Positions 22,165-30,401 of a stretch of DNA of 64,000 bases are shown piece by piece. Positions within the stretch are counted from its first letter, which is position 1, and every line of letters begins with the position of its first letter. Source of the stretch: an uncultured Gammaproteobacteria bacterium (lineage in GTDB: Bacteria; Patescibacteriota; Patescibacteriia; Veblenbacterales; UBA10138); contig CAZMHN010000001.1 in the NCBI GenBank assembly GCA_964566145.1, positions 16,945 through 80,944 of the forward strand. Direction: 5' to 3'. The position numbers were made by a program, and so were the translations under genes. The notes under the pieces are model-generated. The model did no database searches. It saw only the letters and a list, made by a program, of their open reading frames with translations, and was not told where the DNA came from.

Positions 22165-23281
22165 AGGTGGGGTTGGGGCGGCGGAACAGCTTCTGGACCA
22201 GCGCGCCGAGCGCGAACAGCGTTCCCACAAAACCGATGAGTCCCCCTATCATGGGTACGAACGTGATGACTTTGAACACGGCCACACCCATGACCACGGA
22301 TACGAACGGCGACAGTTTAGCGAATGCGCTTTGCGCCAACGACGGATGACGCGCAAGCTCAGCCACAGCCGCCCCGGCTATGACCGGGCTCAAAACGAAA
22401 CCAGCTACATACATAAGTCCCAGGAGAACGGCCAGAGGCAATCCGATGAGCGTTACGGCAAATATGATGGCTGCTATGGGCGCGGCCACGAGCCACAGGG
22501 CTCCCAGCCCCAAACTGGGAAGGGGCTGTTTCACCATCAGACCAACGGCACCCTGCAACCACTGCGGTACGAGTTTTACCATAACCATGGCCAGCACCAG
22601 GGCGCCGAACAGCGACACAAGGTGCCCGAACCAGTTGCCGGAGCTGCGCTTCGGAACCGGCAACGGATAACGCTGTGGTTGCTGGGAAAGCGTTGCCCGG
22701 GGGCTCACTAGGGCTTCCTGGTCTGAGTAGTACGTCAGGCCGTCACCAAAAGATGCGTTCTCGCGAATATCGAACACGCCTTGCCGGTCAAGCCACAGCG
22801 TAGCCGGCCCTTCGACCACCCCCGCCGCAGTGACCTGGCCTGCCGCGGCCAACAAGCTTCCGCCTATATGACCCCTTGCCTCGACAGTTCCTGCGGCTAC
22901 GGTCACGTGACCCTTGACGTCGGAACCGGCGGCGAACGTTAGCTCGCCTGCGGCTACGGTCACGTTGCGTTCCACGGTACCGGCCAGCTCCACTCTGCCG
23001 CCAAACACCCGTACGTTGCCCTGCACCTGACCAGTGATACGGACATTGCCCCCGACCGCTATCACATCCCCGCCGACGCTACCGGACACGATAACGTTGC
23101 CGCCTGCCGCGACAAGGTCGCTGGCTACGCTACCGGCCACTTCCACGCTCTCGCCTGCGGCGTAGTAGTTTCCCGACTTATGTTCGTCTGAAGGTATGTA
23201 CACTCGCTCCTGTCCCGCCTGTACCGGCAGTGACCAAGCTAAGGCGGCCAGGGTAGCTAACATGAGCAGGACTCGCTTCAT
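22148..23281 (-). CDS. Secreted bactofilin-like (polymer-forming beta-helix repeat) protein with a C-terminal polytopic membrane domain.
   Basis: Signal peptide MKRVLLMLATLAALAWSLPVQA. Tandem G-(N/D)-V-x-V-x-G repeats. Four or more C-terminal TM helices. Confidence 0.6.
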   Translation of the reverse strand: MKRVLLMLATLAALAWSLPVQAGQERVYIPSDEHKSGNYYAAGESVEVAGSVASDLVAAGGNVIVSGSVGGDVIAVGGNVRITGQVQGNVRVFGGRVELAGTVERNVTVAAGELTFAAGSDVKGHVTVAAGTVEARGHIGGSLLAAAGQVTAAGVVEGPATLWLDRQGVFDIRENASFGDGLTYYSDQEALVSPRATLSQQPQRYPLPVPKRSSGNWFGHLVSLFGALVLAMVMVKLVPQWLQGAVGLMVKQPLPSLGLGALWLVAAPIAAIIFAVTLIGLPLAVLLGLMYVAGFVLSPVIAGAAVAELARHPSLAQSAFAKLSPFVSVVMGVAVFKVITFVPMIGGLIGFVGTLFALGALVQKLFRRPNPTYGAQL

Positions 23282-23399
23282 AGGCCCGAGGGGAAAATAC
23301 TTATGTTATCACGCTCATAAGTGTACGATGCTTAGGGGCCACGCACAAGCACGCGACGGGTGGACATGGAGACCGGTTTGCGGCTACCATAGTGGCGCT

Positions 23400-24692
23400 A
23401 TGTACGAAGCCCTAACCGCCACAGACCCCGAAATAGCCCAGGCCGTACGGCGCGAACTTGAACGCCAGCGCCACGGACTTGAACTCATCCCGTCGGAGAA
23501 TTTCACCTCTCTGGCCGTCATGGAAGCTTTGGGCAGCGTACTTACGAACAAATACTCGGAAGGTTATCCCGGCAAGCGCTACTACGGGGGAAACGAGGTG
23601 ATAGACCAGGTGGAGGAACTGGCCCGGGAACGCGCCAAGGCTCTTTTCGGGGTGGAGCACGCCAACGTACAGCCGTATTCAGGGAGCCCGGCCAACCAGG
23701 CGGCGCTGTTCTCGCTGTTGGAACCAAACGACACGGTGTTGGGCATGGGATTGGCGACGGGCGGACACCTGACACACGGCTACAAACTCAACTTCTCCGG
23801 CCGCTACTACCGGGCCGTAAGCTATGGCGTTGACGAACACTCGCACCTGCTGGACTACGACGCCATCCTGGACGTCGCCCTACGGGAAAAGCCAAAAGCC
23901 ATCATCTGCGGCGCCACGGCTTATCCAAGGGCCATAGATTTCTCAGCCTTCCGCAAGATAGCGGATGAAGTAAGGGCCTACCTCATAGCCGATGTCTCCC
24001 ACATTGCCGGGCTTATCGTAGCGGGCGTACACCAATCCCCGGTGCCTTACGCCGATATTGTGACCACCACCACCCACAAAACGTTACGCGGCCCCAGGGG
24101 CGCCATGATACTGGTGCCCAAGGTGCAAGACCGATGGCATGACTTGTACCACCAAGACAGCAGACGCAATCTGGCGGAACGCGTGGATGCCGCCATCATC
24201 CCGGGACTCCAAGGCGGTCCGCACAACCACCAGACCGCGGCCATCGCCGTAGCGCTCAAAGAGGCCGCCACCGAGGAATTCAGGCTCTACGGCCGGCAGG
24301 TGGCGAAAAACGCCAAAGCCTTGGCTCAAACGCTCACGGAGCACGGGGCCAAGCTCATAAGCGGCGGCACGGACAACCATCTCATGCTCATGGACGTATC
24401 TCCGTTCGGCCTGAGCGGAAAAACGGCGGAACAGCTGTTGGATTCCGTGCGCGTGACCGTGAACAAGAACCTGATCCCGTTCGACTCGCGGCCGCCCTTG
24501 GACCCGTCGGGCATACGCCTGGGCACGCCGGCGGTAACGAGCCGGGGGTTCACCGAAGCCGACTGCAGTGAAGTCGGAGAACTTATCGCCGATGCCCTGG
24601 CCCACCCTGCAGACGCACGCGTACTGGCCGAAGCGGTGTCCTGGGTACAGCGGCTCACACAAGCCCATCCGCTCTACCCCGAGCTCAACTGA
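23400..24692 (+). CDS. glyA: Serine hydroxymethyltransferase.
   Basis: Start at MYEALTATDPEI (in-frame ATG at 23400). PLP-lysine motif TTTTHKTLRGPRG. Confidence 0.95.
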   Translation: MYEALTATDPEIAQAVRRELERQRHGLELIPSENFTSLAVMEALGSVLTNKYSEGYPGKRYYGGNEVIDQVEELARERAKALFGVEHANVQPYSGSPANQAALFSLLEPNDTVLGMGLATGGHLTHGYKLNFSGRYYRAVSYGVDEHSHLLDYDAILDVALREKPKAIICGATAYPRAIDFSAFRKIADEVRAYLIADVSHIAGLIVAGVHQSPVPYADIVTTTTHKTLRGPRGAMILVPKVQDRWHDLYHQDSRRNLAERVDAAIIPGLQGGPHNHQTAAIAVALKEAATEEFRLYGRQVAKNAKALAQTLTEHGAKLISGGTDNHLMLMDVSPFGLSGKTAEQLLDSVRVTVNKNLIPFDSRPPLDPSGIRLGTPAVTSRGFTEADCSEVGELIADALAHPADARVLAEAVSWVQRLTQAHPLYPELN

Positions 24693-24695
24693 CCC

Positions 24696-25532
24696 ATGGC
24701 TATTCTACTCTCTGGACGCGAACTGGCGCGTGAGGTAAGAAGCGAACTGGCCCAGCTCATCCGCGGACTGCCGAAGCGTCCTGTCTTGGGCGTAGTGCTG
24801 GTCGGGTCCGATCCGGCCTCACACCTATACGTAAAACTTAAGACCGAAGCGGCCGACGAGGTCGGCATTGTCGTTGAACTGCGGGAATTGCCCGATTCTG
24901 CCACCACCCATGACATCATGCGACGCGTGGAAGAGTTCAATCGGCGCGAAGACGTGAACGGCATTCTGATACAACTGCCTCTCCCTCCCCAAGCCGACGC
25001 CGCGCAAATCATAGCGGCCATGGACCCGGGAAAGGACGCCGACGGATTCCACCCCGCAAATCTCGCCGCGCTGGGACGCAACGAACGTGGAATCGTACCA
25101 GGCGTCAGCCAGGGCATCATGCGGCTCATCCGCGAAGCCGGCGTACCGCTAAAGGGCAAGCACGCCCTTCTGATGGTAAACAGCCAAGAATTCGCACTGC
25201 CGCTCGAACAGCTCCTCGCTGATGAAGGCGTTGTCTGTGAACGCTCTCACGATGCGGCAGAGAAGAAGCTCCGACACGCCGACATTGTAGTCAGCGCCCT
25301 GGGAAAGCCTCACAGCGTACCCGGGAACATGCTCAAAGACGGCGCCATAGCCATAGATGTGGGAACCACCAAGGTCGGCTCTCATGTCCTGGGTGACATT
25401 GATCCGACAGGCCTCACAGACCGGCCGGTGTACCTCACGCCAGTTCCCGGCGGCGTCGGTCCCATGACTGTAGCTATGCTGCTCATGAATGTATATCGCC
25501 TTGCTGCCAGAGGCGCGCAAACGGTATACTAG
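24696..25532 (+). CDS. folD: Bifunctional methylenetetrahydrofolate dehydrogenase/cyclohydrolase.
   Basis: 278 aa. Typical FolD N-terminus and Rossmann motif. Only 4 nt after glyA. Confidence 0.93.
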   Translation: MAILLSGRELAREVRSELAQLIRGLPKRPVLGVVLVGSDPASHLYVKLKTEAADEVGIVVELRELPDSATTHDIMRRVEEFNRREDVNGILIQLPLPPQADAAQIIAAMDPGKDADGFHPANLAALGRNERGIVPGVSQGIMRLIREAGVPLKGKHALLMVNSQEFALPLEQLLADEGVVCERSHDAAEKKLRHADIVVSALGKPHSVPGNMLKDGAIAIDVGTTKVGSHVLGDIDPTGLTDRPVYLTPVPGGVGPMTVAMLLMNVYRLAARGAQTVY

Positions 25533-25538
25533 TGCCAT

Positions 25539-26048
25539 ATGCCGGTGAACCTCAACCTGGAACCTGACGCGAACCTGGGCAAACAGGTCATGCGCTGGAA
25601 CTTCCGGGAGTTCAAACACATAATCCGCACTCGGAGTTGGTGGGCGGCCGCCATAGTGGTGGCCGGCGGACTGGTCATCTACGGCGCGATGAGCGGCAAC
25701 TTCCTATTCTCCCTCATCATCCTGCTTGTGGCGGCACTGTTCGTTATGGAAATGCAACGCCATCCCAGGACCATTGAGTGCCGCATCACCAATCTGGGCA
25801 TTGCCGTGGGTAAGAAGTTCTGGCGCTGGAGCGAGCTTATGAACTTCTGGATAGCCTACCACCCGCCCGAGGTCACGAATCTCTACCTCCTGCCCAAAGG
25901 ACCGCTGGACCCTCGCGTTACGGTACCGCTCGAGCACATGAACCCGCTGTCAGTAAGGGGCGCTCTCAAGCAACATCTGGAAGAGGACCTGACGCGGGAG
26001 GACGAACCGACTTCCGAGGCTCTCACCCGCCTTCTGCGGCTCCAGTAG
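25539..26048 (+). CDS. Hypothetical membrane protein (two TM helices).
   Basis: 169 aa. WWAAAIVVAGGLVIYG and LFSLIILLVAALFVM helices. Confidence 0.5.
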   Translation: MPVNLNLEPDANLGKQVMRWNFREFKHIIRTRSWWAAAIVVAGGLVIYGAMSGNFLFSLIILLVAALFVMEMQRHPRTIECRITNLGIAVGKKFWRWSELMNFWIAYHPPEVTNLYLLPKGPLDPRVTVPLEHMNPLSVRGALKQHLEEDLTREDEPTSEALTRLLRLQ

Positions 26049-26051
26049 GGC

Positions 26052-26080
26052 TTGCCTTCGACAGCGCCCTGCTCTATAGT
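26052..26080 (+). promoter_or_regulatory. Candidate sigma70-type promoter upstream of tRNA-Arg (TTGCCT-N17-TATAGT).
   Basis: TTGCCT at 26052-26057 and TATAGT at 26075-26080. A hairpin plus T-run at 26086-26115 may instead or also be the terminator of the upstream gene. Confidence 0.35.
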
Positions 26081-26134
26081 AAGGTGGCTCTGGTACGGTA
26101 CCGGGGCTATTTTTGAGAATTGAATACCGTTCAC

Positions 26135-26209
26135 GCCCTCGTAGTTCAATGGATAGAATGCGAGCTTGCGGAGCTTGTGATGCAGGTTCGATTCCTGCCG
26201 AGGGCACCA
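26135..26209 (+). tRNA. tRNA-Arg. Anticodon reads GCG; CCA is encoded.
   Basis: Folded by hand. 7-bp acceptor GCCCTCG/CGAGGGC; D-arm with A20; anticodon loop TTGCGGA; T-loop TTCGATT. Confidence 0.85.
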
Positions 26210-26277
26210 GGAATTTTGCTCCATCCCGCTTGTTAGGCGGGGTGGATTTTTAGCTGCAACAGCGCAATAATAGGGCC

Positions 26278-28329
26278 ATGCTCCAGCTCGAAGACGCTGT
26301 AACCGCGCTACCCGGGGTCGGTACGGCAATCCAGAAACGACTGCAACGCTTGGGCGTAAATTGCATCCGCGACCTCTTGTACCACTTTCCATCCCGGTAC
26401 GAGGATTTTTCCCGCCTCCTGCCGATACGCGAACTCAAGACCGGCGAACGCGTCACCATACACGGCAAGGTACAGCTAGTGAACAGCCGCCGCGCATTCA
26501 GGCGACGCCTCAACATTACCGAGGCGCTCATATCCGACGGTTCAGGCAGCGTGAAGGCCGTCTGGTTCAATCAGCCGTACCTGGCAAAACAGCTCGCACC
26601 CGGAACCGAGGTGCTGCTGGCGGGACAACTCGCTCACTCCAAATACGGGTTGCAACTTGAGCACCCGACGCTTGAGCTGGCGGAACGTGGAGGAATACAC
26701 ACAGGCCGGCTGGTACCTATTTACCCTACCGTAGCGGATTTGCCGCAACGTACTTTGCGTACGGTTATTGCCAGGATATTGCCCTTGGCCCAAAACCTTG
26801 CCGACTGGCTGCCGAAAGAAGTGCTCAGAGGGGCTTACCTGACCGGATTGGCGGAATCCGTGCGCCAACTCCACGCCCCGGAAACAGGCTCGGCTTTGGC
26901 CGGGGCCAGGCGACGGGTCGCTTTCGAGGAATTGTTCCTCATACACCTGGCATCTCGCCTGGCCCGACTGCCGCTGACACAGCGCACAGCGGCGGCCATA
27001 CCTTTCGACGAACGCACAAAAGAACTGGTTGCTTCCCTGCCGTGGCAGCTGACCCAGGGACAGCGGCTGTCCGCCTGGCAAATCATACAGGACATGGGCA
27101 AAGCCGTGCCCATGCTGCGGCTACTGGAGGGCGACGTCGGCAGCGGCAAAACTGTGGTAGCGGGCCTGGCCTGCTTCAATGCCTGCCTGGCGGGCTACCA
27201 AGCGGCCATCATGGCGCCGACCGAGATATTGGCCCAGCAACACTACGCCACGCTCACCAAGCTTTTCCGCAACTGGCCCATTAGATTGGGGCTGGTAACG
27301 CGGGGTAAATATTCCGCATCGGACGCGGACGAAGCATCCCCTGCCGTCGTAAAGCGCAGGGTAGCGAACGGCGACATAGGCCTCACCATAGGCACGCATG
27401 CGCTCCTGGAATCTTCAATCTCATTCGGGCGACTGGGCTTGATCGTGGTAGACGAACAGCACAGGTTCGGGGTGGAGCAAAGGAAACTGCTGACGGAACA
27501 GAGCGGCCTCACTCCCCACCTGCTGTCGCTATCGGCCACGCCCATACCGCGCTCGCTGGCCCTCACCATATTCGGAGACCTTGAGTTATCCGTGCTCAAA
27601 GACCTGCCCGCTGGACGGCGAACAATTGACACGCGCATCGTCCCGCCGGATAAACGGAACGAGGCATATGAACTCATCCGGCGCGAAGTGTCAGCTGGCA
27701 ACCGTGCTTTCATTGTGTGCCCGCTTATCGACGAATCGGACGCGCTGGGAGTGCGAGCGGCCACGGAAGAACATGAGCGCTTGTCACGCGAGGTGTTCCC
27801 CGATCTAAAACTTGGGCTGTTACACGGCAAGCTTACCTCCAAAGATAAAGCTGAGGCGCTGGAAAAGTTCAGGCGCGGTGAAACGCCAGTACTCGTATGC
27901 ACTTCCGTAATCGAGGTGGGGGTGGATGTACCCGAAGCCGCCGTTATGGCCATCGAGGGCGCCGACAGATTCGGAGTTGCCCAGCTCCATCAGTTCCGGG
28001 GCCGAGTTGGGCGGTCGGAACGGCAAAGCTATTGCCTGCTCGTTTCTGATTCGACCTCGCCGCGGGCGCTGGAACGCTTGAAGGCCCTGACCAAATTCTC
28101 GAACGGGTTCGAACTGGCCGAGTTCGACCTTTCACAGCGCGGGCCGGGCGACCTGCTCGGGGCCGCACAATCCGGCTTCTTCAAACTCAGGTTCGCCAAC
28201 CTGGCGGACGCCAAACTGCTCAACGAGGTCCGCCGGGCCGCCGACGCACTGCTGGAACAAGACCAGTCGCTCGCGCACTGGCCTGCGGTAAAACGCAAGC
28301 TTCAAGGAATCCTGGCTCACGGCGAATAA
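26278..28329 (+). CDS. recG: ATP-dependent DNA helicase RecG.
   Basis: 683 aa. Wedge domain followed by a helicase core (GDVGSGKT, DEQHRFG). Confidence 0.95.
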   Translation: MLQLEDAVTALPGVGTAIQKRLQRLGVNCIRDLLYHFPSRYEDFSRLLPIRELKTGERVTIHGKVQLVNSRRAFRRRLNITEALISDGSGSVKAVWFNQPYLAKQLAPGTEVLLAGQLAHSKYGLQLEHPTLELAERGGIHTGRLVPIYPTVADLPQRTLRTVIARILPLAQNLADWLPKEVLRGAYLTGLAESVRQLHAPETGSALAGARRRVAFEELFLIHLASRLARLPLTQRTAAAIPFDERTKELVASLPWQLTQGQRLSAWQIIQDMGKAVPMLRLLEGDVGSGKTVVAGLACFNACLAGYQAAIMAPTEILAQQHYATLTKLFRNWPIRLGLVTRGKYSASDADEASPAVVKRRVANGDIGLTIGTHALLESSISFGRLGLIVVDEQHRFGVEQRKLLTEQSGLTPHLLSLSATPIPRSLALTIFGDLELSVLKDLPAGRRTIDTRIVPPDKRNEAYELIRREVSAGNRAFIVCPLIDESDALGVRAATEEHERLSREVFPDLKLGLLHGKLTSKDKAEALEKFRRGETPVLVCTSVIEVGVDVPEAAVMAIEGADRFGVAQLHQFRGRVGRSERQSYCLLVSDSTSPRALERLKALTKFSNGFELAEFDLSQRGPGDLLGAAQSGFFKLRFANLADAKLLNEVRRAADALLEQDQSLAHWPAVKRKLQGILAHGE

Positions 28330-28331
28330 AC

Positions 28332-28360
28332 TTGACGGTTCGCCGCAAACAGGTACACTG
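28332..28360 (+). promoter_or_regulatory. Candidate promoter (TTGACG-N16-TACACT) immediately after recG.
   Basis: Same -10 hexamer (TACACT) as the candidate at 11434. Precedes a roughly 350-nt structured leader. Confidence 0.35.
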
Positions 28361-28693
28361 GCCTGTATTGAACGATTCGTTCTTTGACATTGATAAAGCT
28401 CGGCCGGGCTGCATAACCAACCCGGCACAACCGGGGTTTCAGGGCCCTTGTGCCCTACACTCGCTTCCCCGGAACATTATGATTCGGGTAACTAGGAGTG
28501 CAGCTCCGGCCTTATAATTTATTTTACCCCGGCATGATTCCAATCGGCCGGCCATACAACCAATCACTATCCATCACGCGGAGGAATCCATGCTCTTCGA
28601 CAGCAGCTAGCCGCATGACCTCACTGCCACCCTGTGTACGGCATTAATCCACGATCCAAACAAACCTACCCATGTAAAAAGCGAGAGCGATAT

Positions 28694-28963
28694 ATGAAGC
28701 AAAACACAAATGGCAACGGCGGCGGTTCAAGCTGGCGAGATATAGGTTGGTGGAAAAATCGAAAAAACCAACGTATACACCGCATCGTGGTGAATATGAG
28801 CAACTTGTGCGTCCAGGAGCCTGTTGGATGCGACAACAACATCTTCGCCATGGTGCGAGAACTTGCAGCGCGGGAACTTCCCCATAAGGTGGACCAACAG
28901 GTTTTGCAGGACTTGGGATTCAAACCTGTGTCGCCAACGCCGGAAACTGTTCTTTCCAAGTAA
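28694..28963 (+). CDS. Small hypothetical protein (about 89 aa) in a lower-GC pocket.
   Basis: MKQNTNGNGGGSSWRDIGWWKNRKNQ... Followed by a hairpin plus T-run at about 28975-29010. Coding status uncertain. Confidence 0.3.
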   Translation: MKQNTNGNGGGSSWRDIGWWKNRKNQRIHRIVVNMSNLCVQEPVGCDNNIFAMVRELAARELPHKVDQQVLQDLGFKPVSPTPETVLSK

Positions 28964-29033
28964 CCTTCACACCATTGTACCCCGGGGGCTAGTTCGCAAG
29001 AGCTGGCCCCTTTTCTTTTTGTCCGGACGTCCG

Positions 29034-30386
29034 CTAGTGCCTCACCCAGTCCACAGCCTCGGCCACAGTACGGACCGCTACCACTTGCATGTCTTTGGGT
29101 GGATGGATGTCGCCGGGCAACGTCGGCACCAACGCCTGCTTGAAACCAAGCCGCCCTGCCTCCATGAGGCGCTTGCCCATGCCCGTAACCGGACGCACTT
29201 CGCCGCCCAAGCCAACCTCGCCGAACACCATGAGATCCTGAGGCAAGGTCTTCTTTAGGGCGGCCGAGGCCACGGCCGCGCACACGGCCAGATCCAAAGC
29301 CGGCTCGCGGCTACGAAAGCCTCCGGCCAGGTTTATGTATACGTCGCTGAAGTTGAGCCTGACGCCGGCCCGCTCCCCCAGGACCGCCAGCAGAACCTGC
29401 AGACGGTTCGCGTCGAACCCAGTGGTGGCGCGCGTCGGCCTGGACTGATGCGCCCTAGTGACCAGGGCCTGAAGCTCTATGGCCAGGCTCCGCGAACCTT
29501 CCAGCACGCAAGTCACGCACGAACCTGCGCCGTGATGGCGTTCGCGCAGGAACAGCTCAGACGGATTTGCCACCTCCGCAAGTCCCCTGTCATCAATCTT
29601 GAACACCCCCACCTCATCGGTCGATCCGAAACGGTTCTTGGAAGCGCGTAAAAATCTCAGAGATTGATGCGGGTCGCCGTCCAGGGCCAACACCACGTCC
29701 ACCAGATGCTCCACAGTCTTGGGGCCGGCGGCTATGCCTTCCTTGGTCACATGCCCGACAATGGCAACGGGAACTCCGGTAGCCTTGGCTGTCTGCGCCA
29801 GCTCAGCGGCCACGGCCCGCACCTGGTTGGGCGAGCCCAGCGAGCCGTCCGTGCCTGGGTGCTGAAAAGTCTGCAAGCTGTCCACCACGGTAAGCTGAGG
29901 CAGGCGCTGTCTTATGGACGCCGTAAGCGCTAACACGTCGGTACTGGAAACGAACGCCAAAGACTCCCCTTTCAAACCAAGCCTGTGAAAACGTCCGGCT
30001 ACCTGTTCGGCGGATTCCTCACCCGAGGCATAGAGCGCCGACGCGGCTCTTCCGGCTATAGCCAGAAACAAAGTGGACTTGCCTACGCCAGGTTCGCCGG
30101 ACACCAACAATACGCTCCCCTTGGCCAGGCCGCCGCCCAGCACGCGGTCGGCCTCGGCAAAACCGGTTGCCGTCTTAGGCGCCTGCACCGCTCCCGCTTG
30201 CGACAAAGACACGGCCTCGGCCGGAACGCTCGACGGACCGACGGGCTTCCTGGCCGCTTGAATCGCGGCGCCTTCAGTCCCTATGGTGCCGAACTTGCCG
30301 CATTGCGAACACCGGCCAGTCCACTTCGGATACTGGGCGTCACAGTTTGAGCACGCATACACAATGGATACCTTGGCCATAACCAC
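29034..30386 (-). CDS. radA: DNA repair protein RadA/Sms.
   Basis: 450 aa. N-terminal C4 zinc finger (CSNCDAQYPKWTGRCSQCGKFG). RecA-like ATPase Walker A (GEPGVGKST). KNRFG motif. Lon-like C-domain. Confidence 0.95.
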   Translation of the reverse strand: MVMAKVSIVYACSNCDAQYPKWTGRCSQCGKFGTIGTEGAAIQAARKPVGPSSVPAEAVSLSQAGAVQAPKTATGFAEADRVLGGGLAKGSVLLVSGEPGVGKSTLFLAIAGRAASALYASGEESAEQVAGRFHRLGLKGESLAFVSSTDVLALTASIRQRLPQLTVVDSLQTFQHPGTDGSLGSPNQVRAVAAELAQTAKATGVPVAIVGHVTKEGIAAGPKTVEHLVDVVLALDGDPHQSLRFLRASKNRFGSTDEVGVFKIDDRGLAEVANPSELFLRERHHGAGSCVTCVLEGSRSLAIELQALVTRAHQSRPTRATTGFDANRLQVLLAVLGERAGVRLNFSDVYINLAGGFRSREPALDLAVCAAVASAALKKTLPQDLMVFGEVGLGGEVRPVTGMGKRLMEAGRLGFKQALVPTLPGDIHPPKDMQVVAVRTVAEAVDWVRH

Positions 30387-30401
30387 CGCGCCGGAAACAA
30401 A

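Noticed and set aside
28666-29283. 205-aa minus-strand ORF overlapping the radA 3' end and the spacer.
   Set aside because: It overlaps radA in another frame, has an Arg/Gly-rich translation, and has no start context.
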